The notes below the pieces were generated by a model that ran no database searches, was not told where the DNA came from, and was given only the letters and a program-made list of their open reading frames with translations. The translations under genes were made by a program, and so were the position numbers. Positions 49,509 to 57,835 of a stretch of DNA of 64,000 bases are shown in pieces (position 1 is the first letter of the stretch; each line of letters starts with the position of its first letter). Origin of the DNA: Spirochaetia bacterium (GTDB taxonomy: Bacteria > Spirochaetota > Spirochaetia > SZUA-6 > Bin103); NCBI GenBank assembly GCA_965203515.1, contig OZ241907.1, forward strand, positions 4,032,001-4,096,000, read 5' to 3'.

Positions 49509-51899
49509 TTGCCGCAGGATACGCCTCGGCGGCTGCCGTGGCGCGACGCGTTCATCGCGCTCATCGCGTTCACGGCAATTGGCGCCGCCGTCCTCGACGA
49601 CTACGGCATATCGTGGGATGAGCACCGCCAGCGCAGCATCGGCCAGGCGGCGGTCGCCTACGCGCAAGGCGACGCCGGCGCCTTGGCCGCAGACCACAAC
49701 CGTTACTACGGAGTCGCGTTCGAAGCGCCGCTGATCCTGGTCGAACGGCTGCTCGGCCTCACCGACAGCCGCGCCGTCTACCTCAGCCGCCACCTGCTGA
49801 CCCACCTGTTCTTCCTCACCGGCGGCTTCTTCTGCTGGCTGCTCGCCTTCCGCCTGTTCCGCGACCGCCGGCTGGCGCTGTTCGCCCTGCTGCTGTTCCT
49901 GCTGCAGCCCCGCCTGTACGCCCACTCCTTCTTCAACACCAAGGACATCCCGTTCCTGGTCATGTTCATGATCGCCCTCTATCTGGTGCAGCGCGCCTTC
50001 CGCCGCGACACCGCCGGCGCGTTCGCGCTCTGCGGGGTGGGCGTGGGCGTGCTGGTCAACCTGCGCGTCATGGGCCTGCTGCTGTGCGCGGCGGTGCCGG
50101 CGCTGCGGGCACTCGACCTGCTGCAGGCGCATGGGCCGGCGGAGCGGCGGCGCGCGCTGGCGACCGCCGGCGCGTTCCTGCTGGCTGCGGCCGCGGCCCT
50201 GTACGCGGTCTCGCCCCATCTCTGGCGCAACCCGCTGGAGCTGATCGACGCCGTCGTCACCTTCGCGCGCCATCCCTCCCCTATTCCAACCCTGTTTCAA
50301 GGCGAAATGGTGCGCTGGCCTGAGATTCCGCCGCACTACCTGCCGACCTGGATGGCGATCACCACGCCGCCGGCGGCGCTGCTGTTGAGCCTGGCCGGGA
50401 TCGGCGCCGTGTTCGCGCGCGGTCTGACGCGCCCGCGCGAGGTCCTCCGCAACACCCCCGTCACGCGCTTCGGGGCGCTGCTGGTCGCCTGCCTGGCGCT
50501 GCCGGCCGCGGCCGTCATCGCGGTCGACGCCAATCTCTACAACGGTTGGCGGCAGATGTACTTCCTGGCCGCCCCGCTGGCCCTGCTGGCGATCTACGGC
50601 CTGCGCCGGCTGCTGGCCGCCGCGGGCCGGCGGCCGTGGCTGCGGCGCGGCGTCTACGCGCTGGCCGCGGCGGGCTTGGCCGCGGCCGCGGTCGAGATGG
50701 CGCTGATCCACCCCCATCAGATGGTCTACTTCAACTTCCTGGTCGACCGCCGCACCCCCGAATACCTGCGTACCCGCTACGAGATGGAGTACTGGGGGCC
50801 GGCCTACCGCGAAGGGCTGGAGCATCTGCTCCGCCGCCACCCGCAGGAAACCATCCACGTCGTTGCGGCGAAGAACTGGCGACACGCGCTCGTCAGCGCC
50901 AATCTGCGCATACTCCCTGCAACCGAACGCCGCAGAGTCGTCATCACCGACCGCGCGCATGACGCCGCGGCGAACCATCACTACGCCATCACCAATCATA
51001 CTCGCGCCAATCACCGCCGCAGCTTCCCGTTCTCGCCCGCGGTCTATGCGCGCCGCATCTACCACAACACCATCCTCACGGTGGCCGCCCTCGACCCGGC
51101 GCAGATCGACGCTGCGACCGTCGCAGACTTCCGGGAAGCGTACCGCGCCGCACGCTCGCGGGAGCCGGTCGCCCGCTCGGACTACGACCTGTATCTCGAC
51201 GGCGCCACGCTGACCTACGTCAAGGACAACTGCCCGGTGAAAGACCTGGATGAGAAGAAGTTCTTCCTGCACCTCTTCCCCGCGGACGCCGCCGACCTGC
51301 CCGCCCACCAGCGGGAGCTGGGGTTCGACAACCGGGACTTCTATCTCTGGGAGGGCGGCGCGCGGATCGACGGCGCCTGCGTGGCGGTCGTGACACTGCC
51401 CGATTACGAGTTCACGCGCATCCGTACCGGGCAATTCGAAACCCGCGGCTGGCCCCAGCTCTGGAGCGTCGAGTTCGCGGCCGGACCGGCCGCGCAGCGC
51501 TATTGGGAGGCGCGCGCCGCGATCCGCTCCGGCGCCTGGGGAGCGCCGGCCGCGCGCGGAGCTTTCGACCTCTATCTGAACGGAACGGTGCTGGCATATC
51601 ACAAGGAGCCGTGCGCGGCGGAGGAGCTGCGGGCGCGGTTCTTCCTGCACGTGATTCCCGCGGACGCGGGCGACCTGTCTCCGCAAGACCGGCGGCACGG
51701 CTTCGAGAACCGGGACTTCGACTACCACGAACACGGGGCGCGGTTCGGCGCGGCGTGCGTGGCGCTGGCGCCGTTGCCGGAGTACGCGATCGCCGGCCTC
51801 CGCACCGGCCAGTTCATCAGCGGGCAGGGCCGGCTCTGGAGCGCGGAGATTGCGGCGCCGGCCGCGGCGCAGGGCCGTGAGGCCGACTCCGGCGAATGA
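49509..51899 (+). CDS. GT-C membrane glycosyltransferase (copy 7, nearly identical to copy 1)
   Basis: Protein essentially identical to the 6793 gene from NRYYG to GREADSGE*. Confidence 0.8.
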   Translation: MPQDTPRRLPWRDAFIALIAFTAIGAAVLDDYGISWDEHRQRSIGQAAVAYAQGDAGALAADHNRYYGVAFEAPLILVERLLGLTDSRAVYLSRHLLTHLFFLTGGFFCWLLAFRLFRDRRLALFALLLFLLQPRLYAHSFFNTKDIPFLVMFMIALYLVQRAFRRDTAGAFALCGVGVGVLVNLRVMGLLLCAAVPALRALDLLQAHGPAERRRALATAGAFLLAAAAALYAVSPHLWRNPLELIDAVVTFARHPSPIPTLFQGEMVRWPEIPPHYLPTWMAITTPPAALLLSLAGIGAVFARGLTRPREVLRNTPVTRFGALLVACLALPAAAVIAVDANLYNGWRQMYFLAAPLALLAIYGLRRLLAAAGRRPWLRRGVYALAAAGLAAAAVEMALIHPHQMVYFNFLVDRRTPEYLRTRYEMEYWGPAYREGLEHLLRRHPQETIHVVAAKNWRHALVSANLRILPATERRRVVITDRAHDAAANHHYAITNHTRANHRRSFPFSPAVYARRIYHNTILTVAALDPAQIDAATVADFREAYRAARSREPVARSDYDLYLDGATLTYVKDNCPVKDLDEKKFFLHLFPADAADLPAHQRELGFDNRDFYLWEGGARIDGACVAVVTLPDYEFTRIRTGQFETRGWPQLWSVEFAAGPAAQRYWEARAAIRSGAWGAPAARGAFDLYLNGTVLAYHKEPCAAEELRARFFLHVIPADAGDLSPQDRRHGFENRDFDYHEHGARFGAACVALAPLPEYAIAGLRTGQFISGQGRLWSAEIAAPAAAQGREADSGE

Positions 51900-51967
51900 G
51901 CGGATGATAGCCGCGCGGGGTTCGGCTATCATGGCCGGACCATGACCGCGCCGCACCGAGACGCGCC

Positions 51968-53509
51968 ATGACGCGCCGGAAACTGCCGATCGGCATTCAG
52001 ACCTTCCGCAAGCTCCGCGAGGACGACTGCTACTACGTCGACAAGACCGCCTTCATCCTCCGCCTGACGCAGAAGGGAAAGCACTACTTCCTGTCGCGCC
52101 CGCGGCGCTTCGGCAAGAGCCTGCTGGTCGACACCATCAAGGAACTGTTCGAGGGCAGCGAGGCACTGTTTCGCGGCCTGCACGTCCACGACCACTGGGA
52201 GTGGTCGGAGCGCCGCCCGGTGGTGCGCCTCGACTTCGGCGGCGGCGACTACGCGGCGCCGGACGGCCTGCAAGAAGACTTGGCCGACCAGTTGACGGCG
52301 CTCGAGACGGCCGCCGGCGCGAGCGCGCGCAGCGCCTCCGCGCCGATCCGCTTCCGGCGCCTGCTCGAGGGCTTGCACCGGAGCGCCGGCCGGCGGGTGG
52401 CGGTGCTGATCGACGAGTACGACAAGCCGATCCTGGACGCGCTGGGGACGCCGGCGGTCGCGGCCGCCAACCGCCGGCTGCTGCGCAGCCTGTACTCGAA
52501 CGTGAAGTTCGCCGACGCTCACATCCGCTTCACGCTGCTGACCGGGGTGAGCAAGTTCTCCAAGGTCAGCGTCTTCTCCGGCCTCAACAACCTGATCGAC
52601 ATCACGCTGGATCCTCGCTATGCGGCGATCTGCGGTTACACCGAGGCCGACCTGGACACGGTGTTCGCGGCGGAGCTGCCGGGCCTGGACCGGGAGGAGA
52701 TCCGCGATTGGTACAACGGCTACAACTGGCGCGGTGACGATCGGGTCTACAACCCGTTCGACATCCTGCTGCTGTTCGACCGCCGGGAGTTCGCCGCCCA
52801 TTGGTTCGAGACCGGCACGCCGTCGTTTCTGATCGACGCGCTGATCAAGCGCGGGGTCGTCTCGCCTGAGCTGGACGGGATGCTGGCCGGCGCCGAGCTG
52901 CTGTCCGCGTTCGACGTGGAGGAGATGGAGCCGGCGGCGCTGCTGTTCCAGACCGGCTACCTGACGATCCGGGACGTCGAAGATGACGACGGCGAGCCGC
53001 TCTACCGGCTCGGCTATCCCAACCGCGAGGTGCGGCAGAGCCTGAACCGCCACCTGCTGCGCGCGCTCGGCGCGGCGGGTCAGGCGGCGGACCGCGGCCG
53101 CCTGCGCCGGCTGCTGGCGGCGCGCGACTTCGCGGGGTTGGAGGCGCTGTTCCGGGCGTTCTTCGCCGGCATCCCGTACGAGTGGCACACGCGCAACGAC
53201 ATCGCGCGCTACGAGGGCTACTACGCGACCGTGTTCTACGCCTGGTTCGCGGCGGCGGGACTGGAGCCGGCGGCCGAAGAGTCGAGCAGCCGCGGGCGGG
53301 TCGACCTGGCGGTGCGGTACCGGGGCAACGTCTATCTGTTCGAGTTCAAGGTGGTGGAGCTGGAGCCGGAGGGCGCGGCGCTGGCGCAGTTGCGGGCGCG
53401 CGGCTACGCCGACAAGTACCGAGCTTCCGGGGAGCCGATCCACCTGATCGGGGTGGAGTTCAGCCGCGAGGCGCGCACCCTTGCCGCCTTCGAGGTGGCC
53501 CGCGCCTGA
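51968..53509 (+). CDS. AAA-ATPase-like + PD-(D/E)XK nuclease protein (copy 7)
   Basis: Same motifs as copy 1. Confidence 0.9.
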   Translation: MTRRKLPIGIQTFRKLREDDCYYVDKTAFILRLTQKGKHYFLSRPRRFGKSLLVDTIKELFEGSEALFRGLHVHDHWEWSERRPVVRLDFGGGDYAAPDGLQEDLADQLTALETAAGASARSASAPIRFRRLLEGLHRSAGRRVAVLIDEYDKPILDALGTPAVAAANRRLLRSLYSNVKFADAHIRFTLLTGVSKFSKVSVFSGLNNLIDITLDPRYAAICGYTEADLDTVFAAELPGLDREEIRDWYNGYNWRGDDRVYNPFDILLLFDRREFAAHWFETGTPSFLIDALIKRGVVSPELDGMLAGAELLSAFDVEEMEPAALLFQTGYLTIRDVEDDDGEPLYRLGYPNREVRQSLNRHLLRALGAAGQAADRGRLRRLLAARDFAGLEALFRAFFAGIPYEWHTRNDIARYEGYYATVFYAWFAAAGLEPAAEESSSRGRVDLAVRYRGNVYLFEFKVVELEPEGAALAQLRARGYADKYRASGEPIHLIGVEFSREARTLAAFEVARA

Positions 53510-53624
53510 CGCCCCGCCCCGGCGACGGCGGTCGCTTGACGGATGAACGGAATCGCCCGGCTGTGGTATCGTCACCGCGTTGGGCAACGCGCACGCGCCG
53601 GCTGCGGAGGAGGAGCACCCGAAC

Positions 53625-55169
53625 ATGGCACAGGTCACCAGCAGGCGGATCGCCCCCCGGTTTCTCCTGATGTATCCGCCCATGGCCTTTTGGCCGGACG
53701 ACAGCGCCAAGCCGGACGGTTCTCTCGGCCTGCTGTACATCGCGGGGGCGTTGCGTTCCCGCGGGTATGACGTGGAGCTCCTGGACGCGGTCGTGGGTCC
53801 GCCGGAGGCGCCGCTGGAGGATACCTTCTACCGGGTCGAGCAGTTGCCCGACGGCCGCGCCCGCATCGGCATGACGCAGGAGGCGATTCTGGCGGCGGTC
53901 CGCGACTTCGACGTGGTCGGATTGACCAACCTGTACACCGCGCAGGCGCCCCCGGCCGCGGAGACGGTGACCGCCATCAAGGCGGCCTACCCGGACAAGC
54001 TGGTGATCGTCGGCGGCACCAATGCGCGGCACATGGCGAACTGGTTTCTGCAGGCCGGGGCCGACCTGGTATTCCTGTCGGAAGCGGAATGCGGCATCGT
54101 GGCGGTCGGCGCGCAGTTGCGGCGCGGCTCCCGCGACTTTTCCGCGGTTCCGGGCGTGGCGTTCCTCCGGGACGGGACCATGCGCCGCACCTCGTCGACG
54201 TCGGTGATACACGATCTGGACGAACTGCCGTTCCCGGCGTGGGACCTGGCTCCGCTGGACAGGTACTGGGACATCGCGCGTCCCAAGGGCGGCGGGATTC
54301 AGGGCAGCGACCGCATCCGGTACGGCAGTTTGATGACCTCCCGCGGCTGTCCGTTCAAGTGCACGTTCTGTCATATCTCCAAGGAAGACGTCGGTTCGTT
54401 CACCGGCAACCTGCGCGAGCTGCGGGTGAAGTCGATCCCCCGCGTCATGGAGGAGTTCGACGTCCTGCAATCGCTCGACGTCGAGTACGTGTTCATCGAG
54501 GACGATTCCCTGCTCGCCAAGAAGAAGCGGGCGCTGCAGATCATCCGCGGAGTCATCGGCAAGGGTCTGAAGCTGAAGGACCTGAACGGCATCAACATCG
54601 TCCACATGTGCCGCCCGCAATCCGGCCGGCTGGTCGCCGATCAGGAATTGTTCGAGGTGATGGCGCACGCCGGATTCAAGGAGATTTCCCTGCCCTTCGA
54701 GTCCGCCTCGCAGCGCATCATCGACAAGTACGCCACCGGCAAGATCAACCTCGACAAGACCGATACCGTCTCGATCATCAAGACCGCTCAGCGCAATGGC
54801 ATAACGGTCGGGGGGAACTACATCATCGGCTGGCCGGACGAAACGCTGGACGAAATGAAGGCGACGATCATGCTGGCGAAGCGCCACGTGGACGCCGGCA
54901 TGTACCGCGCGAACCTGCAACTCGCCACCCCCTATCCGGGATCGCAACTGTTCGACATGGCGGTCGCCGGCGGTCATCTCGATGCCGATTTCGATCCGGC
55001 GCGAATGAACTGGCTGCACCCGACGATGCGCAATACCACGGTGCAACCCGAGGTGCTGGACTTTATGAACGAAGTCTTGTGGAAGCTCCTGAATCCCCCC
55101 GCGCGCATCGCCAGCGTGCGCAGCATGGCCCCCGCGTCGGCGTCCGGCGCCGCGCCGGGCGCGCCGTAG
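53625..55169 (+). CDS. Cobalamin-binding radical SAM protein (class B methyltransferase-like)
   Basis: RBS gaggag, LGLLYIAG, VIVGG, DLDELPFPAW, TSRGCPFKCTFC, IEDD, ES.SQ, IIGWPDET, TPYPGS. Confidence 0.9.
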   Translation: MAQVTSRRIAPRFLLMYPPMAFWPDDSAKPDGSLGLLYIAGALRSRGYDVELLDAVVGPPEAPLEDTFYRVEQLPDGRARIGMTQEAILAAVRDFDVVGLTNLYTAQAPPAAETVTAIKAAYPDKLVIVGGTNARHMANWFLQAGADLVFLSEAECGIVAVGAQLRRGSRDFSAVPGVAFLRDGTMRRTSSTSVIHDLDELPFPAWDLAPLDRYWDIARPKGGGIQGSDRIRYGSLMTSRGCPFKCTFCHISKEDVGSFTGNLRELRVKSIPRVMEEFDVLQSLDVEYVFIEDDSLLAKKKRALQIIRGVIGKGLKLKDLNGINIVHMCRPQSGRLVADQELFEVMAHAGFKEISLPFESASQRIIDKYATGKINLDKTDTVSIIKTAQRNGITVGGNYIIGWPDETLDEMKATIMLAKRHVDAGMYRANLQLATPYPGSQLFDMAVAGGHLDADFDPARMNWLHPTMRNTTVQPEVLDFMNEVLWKLLNPPARIASVRSMAPASASGAAPGAP

Positions 55170-55178
55170 GGGGCCGCC

Positions 55179-56720
55179 TTACCGGCCGCGCTGCCGGCTG
55201 ACGACGAAGACCCGAATGTCCGGGAACACGCCGAACGGGCGCGGCTCCCCGAACCGGTCGCGGAGTCCGTACCGCCGGACGGCGCCGCTCACCTCGTCGC
55301 CGTCCAGGACCAGCAGGTAGACGTTGTCGAAGTCGCCGGCCCCGATGCTTCCTGACTCAGGGTCTCCTGACTCGGGGTCGGCGAAGCGGATCGGCAGATC
55401 GTGCAGCGCGGCGTAGTAGCGATACGGCCAAGCCGGCGGCGCCACCACGTCCCGTTCGCCCACCACCGCCGCCAGCGCCCGCATGGCGCTCTCGGCGCCG
55501 GCGTAACGCCCCCTGAGCAGGCCCCGCTCGGCCTCCAGCCAGCCGCCCGACCAGGTCCAGACCGCGCCGGCGGCGGCCAGCAGCACCGCCAGCAGCGGGG
55601 CGGCGAAGCGCGTTGCCGCCGCCCCGCGCCCCGGCGCAAACCGCCGCGCCGCCAGGCGCTGCGCCGCGGCGTCGATGGCGACCGCCGGCAGCAGCAGGAA
55701 GAACGGCATGAGAAACAGGTAGCCGCGTACCGGCGGCACCCGCCGCAGCGCCACCGAGAAGGCCACGGTCGAGGTGATCACGAGCACCACGAACCACGCC
55801 GACGAGGCCTGCCGCCGGCGCGCCGCGGCGAGCAGGCCGGCGCCGGCGACCAGCGCCCACAGCGCCTGCGCCGGCAGGGGAAGGTCCCAGGCCCAGTGCC
55901 GGGCGGTCCCCGCCATACGGTCCACCAGTCGTTCCCAGAGCAGGGCCGCGGGCTGCGCCGCGGTGTACCGGTTGGCCGCGATCCGTTCCCACTCGGTCCC
56001 CAGGAATACCGGCAGGTAGAGGAGCAGCGCCAGGCCGCCGGTGACCAACAGCGCCGGCAGCAGCCGGCCGGCGCTGCCGGTCCGGCCCCGCGGCGCTGCG
56101 GCCGGCCTGGCGACCCACGCCGCCCGCAACGCCGCGCCGGCGTAGAGGCCGGGAAGCGCGAACAGCGTGGTGGGAAGGACGTGGAGGGCGAGCGCTCCGA
56201 CGATGCCGGCGGCGAGGACGCCGGCGGCGAGCGTCAGGCCCCGCCACCGGGACTCGGCAAGCCTCAGCAGCAGCCACGCCAGCGCCATGAGCAGCGCGCT
56301 CTGCAGCACGTAGCCGCGCGAGATCACCGAAAACAACGCCAGGAACGGAGCGCCCGCCGCCAGCCCCGCGGCCAGCAGCGCCGACCGCCGGGAGAACAGC
56401 GCCGCGCCGACCAGGTAGGTCGCCGGAATCAAGGCGGCGCCCGGCAGCAGAGCCGGCAGGCGAATGCTCCACGGTTGCAGCCCGAACAGCGAGTGGCACA
56501 GGTCCACCAGCAGCGTATGGAGGACGTGGTTGCCGATGTTTTCGTAGAAGGCCGCCACTTCCCGGAACGTCCAGGACTGCACCCAGGCCGCGATCTTCCC
56601 CTCGTCGACCCGTATCGGGTCGCCCAGATACGACCACCGCAGGCCGAAGCCGATCAGCGTCACGACGGCAAGCGCGGCGTACTCCAGGCGCCGGTCGCCG
56701 TCTGCCGAGCAGGAAGTCAC
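55179..56720 (-). CDS. GT-C (GT39/PMT_2-like) membrane glycosyltransferase unrelated to the array copies
   Basis: GFGLR..PIRVDE, NHVLHTLL, WSIRLPALL, SRGY, many TM helices; TATAAT 6 nt before the GTG. Confidence 0.75.
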   Translation of the reverse strand: MTSCSADGDRRLEYAALAVVTLIGFGLRWSYLGDPIRVDEGKIAAWVQSWTFREVAAFYENIGNHVLHTLLVDLCHSLFGLQPWSIRLPALLPGAALIPATYLVGAALFSRRSALLAAGLAAGAPFLALFSVISRGYVLQSALLMALAWLLLRLAESRWRGLTLAAGVLAAGIVGALALHVLPTTLFALPGLYAGAALRAAWVARPAAAPRGRTGSAGRLLPALLVTGGLALLLYLPVFLGTEWERIAANRYTAAQPAALLWERLVDRMAGTARHWAWDLPLPAQALWALVAGAGLLAAARRRQASSAWFVVLVITSTVAFSVALRRVPPVRGYLFLMPFFLLLPAVAIDAAAQRLAARRFAPGRGAAATRFAAPLLAVLLAAAGAVWTWSGGWLEAERGLLRGRYAGAESAMRALAAVVGERDVVAPPAWPYRYYAALHDLPIRFADPESGDPESGSIGAGDFDNVYLLVLDGDEVSGAVRRYGLRDRFGEPRPFGVFPDIRVFVVSRQRGR

Positions 56721-56812
56721 GCCGCGATTATAGGCGATGCCGGCCCTCGGATGATGGACAGCGATGCGCGTTGTCGGTCAGACTCGGCGCGAGCCGTGGC
56801 AGTCACTTCGCC

Positions 56813-57793
56813 ATGACGGACGCCGAGCATCCGCGCTATCTCCGCTACGAACGGTCGGTCGCCGTGGTGACCGGCCTCAACCACCAGGCATCCAATCTGG
56901 CCTGCCTGCTGCGCGAGGCGCACGCCTGCGGCCGCCGGGCGCTGCTGCCGCCGTTGCTGCTGGAACCGAAGTACAACTTCAACATCGGCCGCGAGTGGCG
57001 CTGGGAGTCGTTCTTCGACTTGCGCGGCAGCCGTCTGGTCGACGCCGCCGGGCGCGAGCATCCGTTGCCGATCGCCGCCGCGCCGGCGCCGGCCACCGCC
57101 GGCCTGTGCACGTTGCGCGTGCCGCCGGGAGCGGCGCTGCCGCCCGACGCCGGCTCGTACCGGCTGGTGGTGCGCCGCATCGAGCATCCCCAGTTCGCGG
57201 TCGACGTGCCGGCGCGGGCGCTGGCCGCGGTGCGGCTGCGGCTGCGCGCCGCGCCGCAGGTGTTGGCGCTGGCGCGGCCCGTGGTCGAACGGCTGCGCTC
57301 GCTCGACCGCGGGCGCTTCGCCGCCGTGCACGTGCGCCGGCGCGACCGCATGCGCGAGTATCCGCGCCTGCGCCGCCGCTCCGACCGGCGCTACCCCGGC
57401 CGCATGACCGAGCCGGCGCGCATTCGCGAGCGCCTGCAGGCGGCCGGCGTCGCTGACGGCGCCGTGTTGTTCGTCTTCTCGGACGAGCGCGACCCGGCGT
57501 TCTGGAACCGGTTGCGGCAGCACTATCGCGTCTTCCGCGAAGTCGACTTTCCGGCGTTGGCGGCGCTGTTGTCGCCCTCCGGCGAGCCGCTGCCGGACAA
57601 CTATCTGGTCTATCAGACGGCGCTGGAAGTGATGCGCAGCGCGGAGTTGCGCATCGACACGCTCCCGATCCGGCCGCCGAACGCCCCCCCCATGCACGGT
57701 TCGCTGGTGAGCGAGCGAGAGTGGCGCCGGCCGTCCCTGATCGTGCACGCCGTCGAGCAGACGGTGTCGCTGTGCCGGCGCCTGCTCCGTTGA
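56813..57793 (+). CDS. GT-B fucosyltransferase-like protein (O-FucT/NodZ-like)
   Basis: TGLNHQ..L..A....RRALLP, AAVHVRRRD and LFVFSDE resemble GDP-fucose transferase motifs. Confidence 0.55.
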   Translation: MTDAEHPRYLRYERSVAVVTGLNHQASNLACLLREAHACGRRALLPPLLLEPKYNFNIGREWRWESFFDLRGSRLVDAAGREHPLPIAAAPAPATAGLCTLRVPPGAALPPDAGSYRLVVRRIEHPQFAVDVPARALAAVRLRLRAAPQVLALARPVVERLRSLDRGRFAAVHVRRRDRMREYPRLRRRSDRRYPGRMTEPARIRERLQAAGVADGAVLFVFSDERDPAFWNRLRQHYRVFREVDFPALAALLSPSGEPLPDNYLVYQTALEVMRSAELRIDTLPIRPPNAPPMHGSLVSEREWRRPSLIVHAVEQTVSLCRRLLR

Positions 57794-57835
57794 GCCCCTG
57801 AGGCGGTCGAAGCTCCGGTTTCGGCGGCCGCCGGC

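Noticed and set aside
4779..51899. Diversity-generating retroelement behind the variable segments
   Set aside because: No reverse transcriptase seen; differences include indels and all base types rather than adenine-specific changes; no TR/VR pair
1108..51932. Integron attC cassette array
   Set aside because: The palindrome lacks RYYYAAC/GTTRRRY ends, it precedes one gene family rather than diverse cassettes, and no tyrosine integrase is present
651..55046. Many long antisense or alternate-frame ORFs (e.g. 3049-4869, 6778-9486, 20820-23486, 40648-43086, 49497-51956)
   Set aside because: Shadow ORFs of GC-rich coding sequence; Arg/Ala/Gly-rich, no motifs, and overlapping well-supported genes
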